Notes: generated by a model not told the origin, from the sequence alone. A stretch of DNA of 32,000 nucleotides from Telmatocola sphagniphila (GCF_018398935.1 NZ_CP074694.1:2460001-2492000); one strand, 5' to 3'. Positions 8,842 through 17,457 are shown, counted from the first letter of the stretch. A program made the numbers and translations.

Positions 8842-9813
8842 ATGCTGATGATTCATGCCAAGGGTCTGGCGCGATCCTTCCAGACCAAACGGGGAACGGT
8901 CGAAGCAGTTCGCGGAGTGGATTTCCAGGTTTCGGCCGGGGAGATTGTCGGTTTCCTGGGCCCCAACGGCGCCGGGAAAACCACTACGCTCCGACTCCTC
9001 ACCACCTTGCTCCGTCCCACCTCAGGGACAGCGGAGGTTGCGGGCTGTAATCTAATTTCGGACCCGGAAGCCGTTCGCTGCAAGATAGGCTATGTCGCGC
9101 AAGGAGGTTCTGCCGCTCCGGACGCCACGGTAACGGAAGAGTTGATTTATCAGGCTCGGCTGTACCGCATCAATAAAACCGAAGCGGCCCGGCGAGCCGA
9201 ACAACTTTGTAAAGAGTTGGACCTGGCCGGTCTCGAATCTCGGCGTAGCAGCACACTCTCGGGAGGCCAACGACGTCGGCTCGACATCGCTTTGGGTTTA
9301 GTTCACAGTCCACCACTGGTGTTTCTCGACGAACCGACCGTTGGCCTGGACCCACAGGCTCGGGCTAATCTTTGGGACCACATTCGCCGGTTACGCGACA
9401 AATCGAATACGACGATCTTTCTCACCACCCACTATCTCGATGAAGCCGACGCTCTCTGCGATCGGATACTAGTTATCGATCACGGCAAGATCGTGGCCGA
9501 AGGCACTCCAGAGGAATTGAAACGACAGGTCTCCGGTGATGTCATCCACGTTGAACTCTCTTCCGAGCTGGAAAAAGCTCGAAAAATTTGTTCCGCTCTA
9601 CCCGGTATCCGAAAAGCAGTTCTCTCGGAAGAAACCTTGCACCTGAACGTGGACGACGGTGGTCAAGCGATGATGAATGTTCTGCGAGCTCTGGATACTG
9701 CTCAGGTGCCTTTAACTTCCATCCAGTTATCGAGGCCGACGCTCGACGACGTCTTTTTGACGCTCACCGGTCGATCGCTTCGAGACGACGAGATCGCAAA
9801 GACCGGCAAGTAA
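8842..9813 (+). CDS. ABC transporter ATP-binding protein (DrrA / ABC-2 exporter type)
   Basis: Walker A GPNGAGKTT, ABC signature LSGGQRRRL, Walker B LVFLDEPTVGLD, H-loop TTHYLDEA. Followed 55 nt downstream by an ABC-2 permease. Confidence 0.95.
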   Translation: MLMIHAKGLARSFQTKRGTVEAVRGVDFQVSAGEIVGFLGPNGAGKTTTLRLLTTLLRPTSGTAEVAGCNLISDPEAVRCKIGYVAQGGSAAPDATVTEELIYQARLYRINKTEAARRAEQLCKELDLAGLESRRSSTLSGGQRRRLDIALGLVHSPPLVFLDEPTVGLDPQARANLWDHIRRLRDKSNTTIFLTTHYLDEADALCDRILVIDHGKIVAEGTPEELKRQVSGDVIHVELSSELEKARKICSALPGIRKAVLSEETLHLNVDDGGQAMMNVLRALDTAQVPLTSIQLSRPTLDDVFLTLTGRSLRDDEIAKTGK

Positions 9814-9867
9814 AAAAGCAGCCGCAAAATTCAAATGGAACGAAATTCAGCGTTTTAAGGAATATCG

Positions 9868-10629
9868 ATGGAAACCGTGCGCGATATCTCTCTAGTTTTT
9901 CAACGCCATGTCTATCAGGCTCTGCGCAATCCGGTGCTGATGATAATCGGCCTGATTCAACCAATTCTCTATCTCTGTCTGTTTGCCCCTTTATTGATCG
10001 GATTTGCGGGGAAACCGGGCTTTCCTCAAGGCGATTCCCTGCAGATTTACGTACCAGGTCTTCTCGTTCAGTTGGGACTATTCGGTACGACTTTCGCCGG
10101 GTTTGGGATCATCAGTGAATGGCGGATGGGATTGCTGGAACGCATGCGAGTGACCCCGGTGAGTCGCCTGGCGCTTTTGCTAGGGCGTGTTCTACGAGAT
10201 GCTTTCGTTCTCGAGTTGCAAACTCTCGTTTTGATCATTGCGGCCTTCGCTTTTGGGCTGCGAGCACCGATCGCCGGCGTACTGGCGAGTTTGATTTTAG
10301 TCGGATTGCTGGCAATTACCGCGGCATCACTTTCCTACGCCGTCGCGTTGACTGTAAAATCGGAGAATGCCTTTGCCCCGATCCTGAACATCACCACCAT
10401 CCCCCTTCTTTTACTGTCTGGCATCTTATTGCCAATGTCCCTAGCCCCTTCCTGGCTGGATACCCTTTCGCGTCTCAATCCGCTCAGATATTTAGTCGAG
10501 GCGATTCGGGAATTGTTTTTGGGCAATTATTTCAGCGATCGGGTCTTTCTGGGCGCGGGGCTGATCGCGGTTTTAGCAGTGGTCGCCGTGGCGATCGGTA
10601 CCCGCAAGTTCCGCTTGGAAAATGCTTAA
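9868..10629 (+). CDS. ABC-2 type transporter permease
   Basis: 253-aa polytopic hydrophobic protein with about 6 predicted helices, directly downstream of the ABC ATPase. Its length and topology are typical of the ABC-2/DrrB family. Confidence 0.85.
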   Translation: METVRDISLVFQRHVYQALRNPVLMIIGLIQPILYLCLFAPLLIGFAGKPGFPQGDSLQIYVPGLLVQLGLFGTTFAGFGIISEWRMGLLERMRVTPVSRLALLLGRVLRDAFVLELQTLVLIIAAFAFGLRAPIAGVLASLILVGLLAITAASLSYAVALTVKSENAFAPILNITTIPLLLLSGILLPMSLAPSWLDTLSRLNPLRYLVEAIRELFLGNYFSDRVFLGAGLIAVLAVVAVAIGTRKFRLENA

Positions 10630-11591
10630 CTCTTTGCGGTAATTCGTCTTTCTTTCCTCTGGGCCTCTTTGGAAGGAAGCTTGAGATTCCAAGCCAAACC
10701 CAAAAAGGCCATCATTCGGATCACCCAGTAACTGGTATCGATCTGCCACCAGCTTAATCCGTGGCGAACCGAGGTGGGAAAGGCATGGTGCGTATTGTGC
10801 CAGCCCTCCCCCATGGCCAGGATGCCGAAGAAGATATTATTCCGACTCTCATCGTCACTGTGATACGGTTGCATCCCCCACAGATGACATGCGGAATTGA
10901 CGCTCCAGGTGATGTGATGCACCAGGAAAATGCGAACCAGGCCCCCCCATATAAATCCGGTCCAGGCCCCCATCCAACTCGAGGAAATGATTCCACCGAG
11001 CACCGCAGGCAAAATCAGGCTCAAAGCCACCCAGAGCGGAAACAAATCATTCGCGATCCGAAGACTCCGGATGTTCTTTAAATCCTTGATATAGTGTTCG
11101 AAATCGGCCGGATCGGCATTAAAAAACCAGCCGATATGAGCGTGCCAAAAACCTTTGAGCAAACCCAAAAATCCCTTCCCATGATGGTGCGGCGTATGGG
11201 GGTCTTCCGGCCGGTCGCTGAACTTGTGATGCCTGCGATGCATGCCGACCCACTGGAATAAAGCTCCCTGAATCGCCATGGAGCCGAAAATCGCCCAGAG
11301 GAACTTTATCCAGACATAGGTTTCAAAAGATCGATGCACGAAAAGACGATGAAAACCGATTGTGATTCCCAATGCGGAAACAGTGTACATACCCAATAGC
11401 AGGCCCAAGTCTGTCCAGCCGAATCCCCAGCCCCAGACAAAAAATGGAGCGGCCATCACTCCCAGCAACGGAACAATGATTGCGACTAAGGTCAATAACC
11501 GGACCCCGAGAGTCACTTTTTGAGGAGGTACTTCGAAAGAGCTAAAGTCCGATTTTCGCTCGGCTACTAGGATTTCAGAAAGTTCTGGCAT
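10626..11591 (-). CDS. Membrane fatty-acid desaturase, acyl-CoA/acyl-lipid delta-9 (OLE1/DesC-like) family
   Basis: Three histidine boxes in the canonical order and context: GFHRLFVHRSF, WVGMHRRHHKFSDRPEDPHTP and GEGWHNTHHAFPTSVRHG. N-terminal TM helices are present. Confidence 0.9.
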   Translation of the reverse strand: MPELSEILVAERKSDFSSFEVPPQKVTLGVRLLTLVAIIVPLLGVMAAPFFVWGWGFGWTDLGLLLGMYTVSALGITIGFHRLFVHRSFETYVWIKFLWAIFGSMAIQGALFQWVGMHRRHHKFSDRPEDPHTPHHHGKGFLGLLKGFWHAHIGWFFNADPADFEHYIKDLKNIRSLRIANDLFPLWVALSLILPAVLGGIISSSWMGAWTGFIWGGLVRIFLVHHITWSVNSACHLWGMQPYHSDDESRNNIFFGILAMGEGWHNTHHAFPTSVRHGLSWWQIDTSYWVIRMMAFLGLAWNLKLPSKEAQRKERRITAKS

Positions 11592-12258
11592 TAGTGGAGC
11601 CTTATCAATTGAAACGGGAAAGCCAGCCTTACGAACGAGAAGAGAACTGGGAGATGAGTTCTTTAGTTATAAAAATCGCAACAATCGTGCCATCGCGAGT
11701 CGAACTCATGAATTGGATTCGTCTCGAATCTCACTACAATCGATCTATTGTGAGTACTTATACTATAATTTCTCGTCTGAATTGACCCGTTCAAGGTCGG
11801 ACCTTTCTTTCGGGACGACGCCAAAAAGCCTTGCTAAATAGCGATTTCTGCAAGAAAAATCGCTTTCTGGTTCTGCCGGATCTGTTCTGGTCAAATCCGA
11901 TCCAGATTTTTCTGATTCCTTTGGGAATACTAAGAAGTATCTTTAGCCAAACGCCAAAATGGCGTCGCTCAACTCTCCAGATGGCAAAGGACTGACCTAC
12001 TTCAGAATAGTTTTCAGCCGGTTTGCTCGTCGCTGCCCGATGCAATTCAAGTGCCTCCAATTCAAGGTACTCGAAGCCTCCTTATGCAGGCAGTCAGATG
12101 TCAACGCTTCCCTGGGCATGCGGGAAATAATCGATTTTTTGGGTTTACTGATAGTTCTCAGCAACGTGCATTTAATTCATAGGCCCGGTTAACTATCTTC
12201 TCTCTGATAAATTGCTCCGGTTGCTTTGGACTGCGTCGGAATCAATGATTGGCTCCCC

Positions 12259-12287
12259 ACGCGGGAAGACATTTTCCACGTTTTTTT
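12259..12287 (+). terminator. Plus-strand intrinsic-terminator-like hairpin in the gene-free region
   Basis: ACGCGGGAA-gacat-TTTCCACGT forms a 9-position stem with one mismatch and one G-T wobble. It runs directly into a T tract (12282-12287). Confidence 0.35.
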
Positions 12288-12644
12288 GATGATGGACTCG
12301 AAACCTGGTGATTTAGCCTAAGTCAGGCTGCCAATAACATCCGAACTGGCTGCCAGTTTTGCATCTCCTCCACGACCGAATTCCGATGAAACGCTGCACT
12401 TAAAGATTTCCCTCTAGAATTGGCTCCTTTGAAAAAACCCGCTGTAAGCTTCGTGGAGAGGCCTCTAGAGAATCGCGGCCATTGTTATCAATAACGTGGC
12501 TAGAGACGTCTCCACTTCGAGGTCTCAGAGTGACTTCACTCGAGTTTTTCAAAAGCATTAATCGATGGTCGCGAAAAAAATTTGAATCTCAATTTGCGGA
12601 CAGCTTTCAGGCGGGTAATCTTGAAATTGTTCACGGTTAAAATG

Positions 12645-12689
12645 AAAAAACTGAGGCATGGGTTCGGAACGACCCAAACCTCAGTTTTT
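12645..12689 (-). terminator. Rho-independent terminator of tRNA-Leu (A-tract / hairpin / T-tract, potentially bidirectional)
   Basis: Outer stem CTGAGG (12651-12656) pairs with CCTCAG (12679-12684). Inner stem TGGGT pairs with ACCCA. The hairpin is flanked by A6 (12645-12650) and T5 (12685-12689). On the minus strand it starts 7 nt after the tRNA 3' end and is followed by TTTTTT. Confidence 0.6.
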
Positions 12690-12691
12690 AA

Positions 12692-12775
12692 TGCTGGAGA
12701 CAGGACTTGAACCTGCACTCTCTTGCGAGAACCAGCCCCTCAAGCTGGCGCGTCTGCCAGTTTCGCCACTCCAGC
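12692..12775 (-). tRNA. tRNA-Leu (anticodon GAG), class II with long variable arm; CCA not encoded
   Basis: Minus-strand sequence: GCTGGAGTGGCGAAACTGGCAGACGCGCCAGCTTGAGGGGCTGGTTCTCGCAAGAGAGTGCAGGTTCAAGTCCTGTCTCCAGCA. Acceptor stem GCTGGAG/CTCCAGC. Anticodon stem CCAGC/GCTGG with loop TTGAGGG (U33, GAG, G37). Variable arm TCTC-GCAA-GAGA. T-arm GCAGG-TTCAAGT-CCTGT. Confidence 0.85.
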
Positions 12776-12786
12776 GGCAGAAAGAA

Positions 12787-12814
12787 ATTATGCACGCCCC
12801 GATTTGATTTTCAA
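12787..12814 (-). promoter_or_regulatory. Sigma-70-type promoter for tRNA-Leu
   Basis: On the minus strand, TTGAAA (12814-12809), a 16-nt spacer, then CATAAT (12792-12787). The -10 element ends 11 nt upstream of the mature tRNA 5' end. Confidence 0.45.
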
Positions 12815-12878
12815 GAGGGACAGTCCGAAACTCGCTCAGGTTCAGCAGATTTTAGGGCATCTTTAGCTACTTTCGGAC

Positions 12879-14777
12879 CTAACTCACCATCTGTGCCCAG
12901 ATATTCTTTAGAGCATCTTTACTATTGGTCGGCAAATTGCCCTGCGCATATTCCAGCCGGGCAATCAGCACCGCCAACCTTAAAGCCTGCGGGTCAAGAT
13001 CGGGAAACTGATTTTGAATCCGTCCCGCGAACTCCAGAGGTGTTTCATCGACAGAGCGTGCGGCCTCCCGGTCACTGGCCCAGGCCTCCATAGCCGAGAA
13101 AGTATAGCGGATCAGCGTTTCGGTACTTCGAGAGCGGGCGCTGCCGTCTTCGAACGGATTGGAAAACTGTGCAAAGGTGATCTTCGGTTCCTCAACCGGC
13201 CGTTCTTTCTCGATAGATTTTGCGGCCCCTCGGCCGAACAACCGATCTAAAAAACCTTGGATTCGAGCGAGTAGACTTTGAGCCCATTTAGTAAACGGAG
13301 CGATATTTTTCAGCACGAAATAAGCGATAATGAAGAGAACTATCAGCAGCACGACCGCGAAAACAATCCACTTCAGGAAGGCCGCGATATTCTGGAATAC
13401 TTTGCCTAACTGGTTCTGTTGAAACTGTTCGAAGCTGTCCCGGTCGCGGTCCTGATTGCTATCGCGATTTTGAGTCGTCTTTTGTTGTTCGTTCGAATTT
13501 TGATCTTTGGAGCCCTTCTGCTCATTCCGGGTCTGCTGCCCTTTCTCCCCCGGGTTGGGTTGCCCCTGCTCGCCTTTCTTCGCCGCGTTCGGACCATTTT
13601 TTTGATCTTTTGAATCGTCCGATTGATTTTGATTTCCTTTGTTCTGATCGCCGCGACTATTCCCCGATTTTCCCTCTTTGTCGCCGCTGCCTTCCTTGGA
13701 TTCGCCTTTTTCCCCTTTGCCTCCCGGGTTGCCTTTTTTGGCGGTTGCTGAACCATCACCGGCTTTTGTCTGTTCGCCGGTTCGGCCTTCCCCTTTGCCG
13801 GCATCGCCACTACGACGAACTGCATTCTTGGAAGCATTCCGTTCCGTGGAATTCAAAAAATCGAGCTTAACGAGCGGAGTTTCGGAATAAGGGCGCGGCA
13901 GAATCGCCGACACGACAATGAAGCCGGCAATCAATACGGCCCCAATTCCCAGCCAAATCCCCGTCATGGCCTTGGGCATGGTGAGATCACGCTGGCGAAT
14001 GTACCGGCGGACGCCCAAAAAGCTGGTGGTGAGTAGAAGTCCTAGCGAACAGGCCACGTAGACCGCCGCCAGCTGGAAAACGAAGCTTCGTCGAGCCCCT
14101 TCCCCGGGAGGAATCAGAGACTGGCCCAAGCCGAAAATCGGTAACGCGGCCATCGCAAAGTAGATGATGGTCGTCCCGGGCGTATGCGGCTTTGATTCCT
14201 TCCTTTTGCGATACTCCTGGTATCGTTCCCACCAACTCAAGGATGGTGTATAGGGATTGTCGTGCCCCGGCTCCGGTTCGACAGGCTCTTCCTCTTCTTC
14301 ATGCAATTTCTTGCCTTCGAATCCCACGGCAGAAAGCAAGCCCCTGTCGGCTGATTCCCGCCGTTCGTCTATGTGAGTGCAGTCCCGGACCAGTTTGTGA
14401 GAGGTCCACCAGACGATCAGCAGCAGACCGCAATTGATTAGGATAGATAGCTTACCGGCCAGGGTATCCGGTGGATATTTGACATAGGCGATGAGCGCAA
14501 CGAGGGAGGCCCCACTCAATGCCAGCCCATACATGGTTGACCGGGCGGGATCCACAACAATCGATATCCGGCAGACCAGCACTATCCCGAAGACGAAGAA
14601 AAAAAGCGTGTAAAGCAGGTTGCTTTCATACTTTCCCGCGTAGAAAATTTCCGCCAGGAAAAACACGAGGCTGCCGACCACTCCCATGATCAGCATCGGG
14701 CTTAAGGCAGTAACCACGTAATCTGCCACGCCGGGTCCGGTTTCCTCGGTCGCGGCGGGTTTGGGGAAAGGTCGCAT
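12879..14777 (-). CDS. Polytopic membrane protein with a C-terminal DUF4129-like domain and a long internal low-complexity segment
   Basis: 632-aa ORF with about 8 N-terminal TM helices. A Lys/Gly/Gln/Asn/Asp-rich segment spans aa ~312-456 (nt ~13410-13844), followed by one more TM helix (FLKWIVFAVVLLIVLFIIAYFVL). The C-terminal tail resembles DUF4129: ETLIRYTFSAMEAWA...ETPLEFAGRI...LRLAVLIARLEYAQ. Confidence 0.8.
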   Translation of the reverse strand: MRPFPKPAATEETGPGVADYVVTALSPMLIMGVVGSLVFFLAEIFYAGKYESNLLYTLFFFVFGIVLVCRISIVVDPARSTMYGLALSGASLVALIAYVKYPPDTLAGKLSILINCGLLLIVWWTSHKLVRDCTHIDERRESADRGLLSAVGFEGKKLHEEEEEPVEPEPGHDNPYTPSLSWWERYQEYRKRKESKPHTPGTTIIYFAMAALPIFGLGQSLIPPGEGARRSFVFQLAAVYVACSLGLLLTTSFLGVRRYIRQRDLTMPKAMTGIWLGIGAVLIAGFIVVSAILPRPYSETPLVKLDFLNSTERNASKNAVRRSGDAGKGEGRTGEQTKAGDGSATAKKGNPGGKGEKGESKEGSGDKEGKSGNSRGDQNKGNQNQSDDSKDQKNGPNAAKKGEQGQPNPGEKGQQTRNEQKGSKDQNSNEQQKTTQNRDSNQDRDRDSFEQFQQNQLGKVFQNIAAFLKWIVFAVVLLIVLFIIAYFVLKNIAPFTKWAQSLLARIQGFLDRLFGRGAAKSIEKERPVEEPKITFAQFSNPFEDGSARSRSTETLIRYTFSAMEAWASDREAARSVDETPLEFAGRIQNQFPDLDPQALRLAVLIARLEYAQGNLPTNSKDALKNIWAQMVS

Positions 14778-14803
14778 GAGACCGGCTCGATTCTCGATGA
14801 CAT

Positions 14804-15403
14804 TTACTTTTTCGCGGGTACCGGCTTATTCGACTTGATCTGCAGCTTCCGCGTGAAAACTTCCGACCCCGCTTTTACGATTATCAAATCTTCCGCATCG
14901 CCGCCCGAGCTGATAAAGCCCATCTGGGAAATCGGATTCTTCGAGGGATTCACCATCACGCCGGCCAATCGTGCTCCCGGATCGAAAATCTGAATGCCCG
15001 CCGGAGTAGCCGCATAGAAACGGTTCATCGAGTCGCTGGCCATCGCGGTAACTTCCAATTTCTTCTGCCCCGGGGCCACCTGCATGGCGTAGCATTTGTC
15101 GCCCGCGTCCAATTGGCAAATTGATTTCTGCTCATCGTACTGGACTCGGTAAGCCCAGAGGTGATAGTCCGATTTATCGGCGACTACCAGAGTTCCGCCA
15201 TCCTTCCAGAGCCCAAACACTCCAGGCGACTCCAGAGGTATCTTGACTTTCAAAACGGGAACCTTTTCGACCGGTAGCTGATCGGTCTTGGCCAGCTTCC
15301 AGCTCTCATTCTCGACGAGAATCGTGGATAGAGGCATATCCTGGGACTGCACGCACGACGCGAAAAGTAGAAACCCGCTTAGAACCAAAAGCAAGCTTTT
15401 CAT
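14804..15403 (-). CDS. Secreted lipoprotein, possibly a partial SMP-30/gluconolactonase-like beta-propeller
   Basis: I chose the internal ATG at 15403 (MKSLLLVLSGFLLFASC, lipobox LFASC). The track's longer start at 15460 would overlap the esterase gene. C-terminal pattern: FYAATPAGIQIFDPGARLAGVMVNP...GFISSGGDAEDLIIV. Confidence 0.65.
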   Translation of the reverse strand: MKSLLLVLSGFLLFASCVQSQDMPLSTILVENESWKLAKTDQLPVEKVPVLKVKIPLESPGVFGLWKDGGTLVVADKSDYHLWAYRVQYDEQKSICQLDAGDKCYAMQVAPGQKKLEVTAMASDSMNRFYAATPAGIQIFDPGARLAGVMVNPSKNPISQMGFISSGGDAEDLIIVKAGSEVFTRKLQIKSNKPVPAKK

Positions 15404-15420
15404 TGTCGTCACTTTCTTAA

Positions 15421-16344
15421 TTACTTCGCCGGAGCGGGAGGGGTGTCTCGCCAGAGCCACTTGAGCGATTCGGGCAAGATCGCGCCGCCATGCCGACCAC
15501 TGTGTCCTCCGGTGCCGAAGACAAACTGGTAGTCGTAATTCATATACTTCAAGGCCGCGGCCATGGACTTATTCGCCAACGGCCAGGAGCCAAAAAGGTT
15601 ATCCAGATCGTTCTCGCCATCCTGCAGGAAAACTCGGATCGGCTTGCGTTCGGTTTTGCGAATCAAAGACGGATAAATATCTCCGCCGCGAATATTGGTG
15701 AAGGAACCGACGTGGCTAAGCACTTTGCCGAACATATCGGGGCGCACCCAGGCCGCCGTGAAAGCGCAGATGCCACCCGAGGAGATCCCGCAGATCGCTC
15801 GCCCAGCCGCATCGTGGCGGATCTTGTACTTTTCCTCGAGAAGCGGGAACATTTCCATTTCGAGAAACTCGGAGTACTGCGGCGAGGGAGTGTCGTATTC
15901 GAAGCTCCTGTTCTCACGGGACCGCCCTTTCGGCTCCTTAGCTGGCACTACTCCCGGATCGATAAACAAGGCGATCGTAACCGGCATCTCCTTCTTGTGA
16001 ATCAAATTGTCGAACACAACCGGCACACGGAAGTCTCCTTTAGTATTCAGGTAGGCATTGCCATCTTGAAAGACCATCACACAAGCAGGTGTCTTGCCAT
16101 CGTACTGCTCCGGAACGTAGATCGCGTAATTGCGAACTGTGCCCGGGAAAACTTTGCTCTCCATTTTGTACTGAGTGACTTTTCCCTGCGGCACACCCGG
16201 CTGCACCAGCGAATCGGGGCCGTGCTTGTAATCCTCGTTATTTTTCTTCGGAGATTTCGGTGCGTCTTTCCGGATTTCCTGAGCAGTTATCGGATTAACG
16301 AAACCTGTGGAAACGATGAGCAAGCCAAGACAGAACCCTCGCAT
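15421..16344 (-). CDS. Secreted alpha/beta-hydrolase of the putative esterase (enterochelin-esterase / esterase D-like) family
   Basis: Signal peptide [23 protein letters not shown]. Nucleophile elbow G-I-S-S-G-G within [19 protein letters not shown]-terminal GGHSGRHGG fits the catalytic His region. Confidence 0.85.
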   Translation of the reverse strand: MRGFCLGLLIVSTGFVNPITAQEIRKDAPKSPKKNNEDYKHGPDSLVQPGVPQGKVTQYKMESKVFPGTVRNYAIYVPEQYDGKTPACVMVFQDGNAYLNTKGDFRVPVVFDNLIHKKEMPVTIALFIDPGVVPAKEPKGRSRENRSFEYDTPSPQYSEFLEMEMFPLLEEKYKIRHDAAGRAICGISSGGICAFTAAWVRPDMFGKVLSHVGSFTNIRGGDIYPSLIRKTERKPIRVFLQDGENDLDNLFGSWPLANKSMAAALKYMNYDYQFVFGTGGHSGRHGGAILPESLKWLWRDTPPAPAK

Positions 16345-16433
16345 AATCGATCACCCCGATACTGAGCAGGAATGGCATTAAACTAACAAGATTTATTGCG
16401 ACTCTCAAGACAAAAGGGGGCCATTCCAAGCGA

Positions 16434-16460
16434 AAAGCCAGGCGTTGGAAGCCTGGCTTG
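16434..16460 (-). terminator. Hairpin terminator downstream of the TPR lipoprotein gene (weak T tract)
   Basis: Perfect 9-bp stem AAGCCAGGC (16435-16443) / GCCTGGCTT (16451-16459) with a 7-nt loop. On the minus strand it starts 27 nt after the stop codon at 16486 and reads GCCTGGCTTTTCG. Confidence 0.45.
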
Positions 16461-16485
16461 GGAAGTTCGATTTAGAAAGTTGGGC

Positions 16486-17352
16486 TTAGCGTTGCGCGGT
16501 CAACTGAGGGACACTCGCAAAGGAACGAGCTGGCAGAAGACTGTCGTCCCACATACTGTTAGAGGCAATGGTCGGCCTCTCAAGTGGATCGTTTGAGGAA
16601 ATCGGCTCGTTAAACCCGGCGGGCATTACTGGCGCGCCCGCGGGAGTCCCTTGAGCTTCTCCATTCATACTCTTCAGAAATTCCTTGGCGGGAAAGTAAT
16701 TCGGATTTACCTGCAATGCTAACTGCATCTGCTCACGGCATTGAGCTTCCTGATTCAAGTGCATCATCATCCGGCCGAGGTTGTAGCGGGCATCCGGTTC
16801 GCTCATCGAGCGGATCAACCAGGCATACGATTCCTCGAATCGTCCCGCGCGAGCCAGAGTCATCCCCAGCATTTTTCGGTAGACTCGGTTGTCCGGATCG
16901 AGCTGACAAGACTGATGCAGAGAATCGATCGCCGAGTTCCAATCCTTGAATTGGCCGTAACAGCAACCCTGTTCATACCAAACTGCGGCATTTCGCGAAT
17001 GCGTTTTCAAAGCGGTTTGGTAAGTCGCGATTGCCTTGTCCTTATCCTGCATATTGGAATAAACGTGAGCCATGCCGAGCAAAGCGGGTAAATGAGTCGA
17101 ATTATGATCCAGAGCCGTTTGATAAGCTTGAAGGGCTTGAGCTTGCAGCGAATCCTTTTCATGTGTCGGGCGATTGGGCTGTAAAGCTGCTTCCGCGCGG
17201 ACATCCCCAACGGCTACCAGTGTTTCGGGACGAGTATTAGCATCTTCTTTCATCACAGTAGTGGCGGAAGTATTTTCCCGCTGAAAGGGTTTCATGCAAC
17301 CCGCGGAAAAGAGAATAGGCGTAGCTACCAACATAAGCATCCGTGCTTGCAT
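16486..17352 (-). CDS. TPR-repeat lipoprotein (candidate TadD / secretin pilotin-like)
   Basis: I chose the ATG at 17352 (MQARMLMLVATPILFSAGC, lipobox FSAGC); the track's 17373 start is a TTG. Several TPR-like repeats are present, for example AIATYQTALKTHSRNAAVWYEQGCCYGQFKDWNSAIDSLHQSCQLDPDN. Confidence 0.8.
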   Translation of the reverse strand: MQARMLMLVATPILFSAGCMKPFQRENTSATTVMKEDANTRPETLVAVGDVRAEAALQPNRPTHEKDSLQAQALQAYQTALDHNSTHLPALLGMAHVYSNMQDKDKAIATYQTALKTHSRNAAVWYEQGCCYGQFKDWNSAIDSLHQSCQLDPDNRVYRKMLGMTLARAGRFEESYAWLIRSMSEPDARYNLGRMMMHLNQEAQCREQMQLALQVNPNYFPAKEFLKSMNGEAQGTPAGAPVMPAGFNEPISSNDPLERPTIASNSMWDDSLLPARSFASVPQLTAQR

Positions 17353-17457
17353 CGTGAATCCCCCCGAATTCAAGTGATCGTCCTTCGAAAAACCCGGGGT
17401 GGAACCGCTGTGCGCGCCACCCTAGATTCTCGAGAATATGGGGTGTTCGGTACCAGC

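Noticed and set aside
10119-10757. 212-aa plus-strand ORF overlapping the ABC-2 permease in another frame and running into the desaturase gene
   Set aside because: It is an alternative frame of a clearly hydrophobic permease gene. Its product is Arg/Gly/Ser-rich and non-membrane-like.
11791-12192. ORFs 11791-12060 (minus, 89 aa) and 11959-12192 (plus, 77 aa) as real small proteins
   Set aside because: They overlap each other and are rich in Arg, Cys, Phe and rare-looking codons (AGA, AGG, ATA, TTA), with no motifs. The plus-strand ORF is kept only as a low-probability possibility in the findings, because a terminator-like hairpin follows it.
11592-12775. Possible integrated element or integration scar next to tRNA-Leu
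   Set aside because: There is no integrase, recombinase or phage-like ORF. By eye I found no direct repeat of the tRNA 3' end (GGTTCAAGTCCTGTCTCCAGCA) in the adjacent region. This cannot be excluded without a computational repeat search.
13406-13890. Several ORFs on both strands (13406-13837 minus; 13419-13613, 13610-13870 and 13678-13890 plus) within the DUF4129-like gene
   Set aside because: They coincide with the low-complexity Lys/Gly/Gln/Asn-coding segment. Compositional bias there keeps all frames open, and they lie inside a longer coherent ORF.
15490-16365. 291-aa plus-strand ORF antisense to the esterase gene
   Set aside because: The minus strand gives a signal peptide, a GxSxG nucleophile elbow and esterase-family context. 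The antisense product has none of these.
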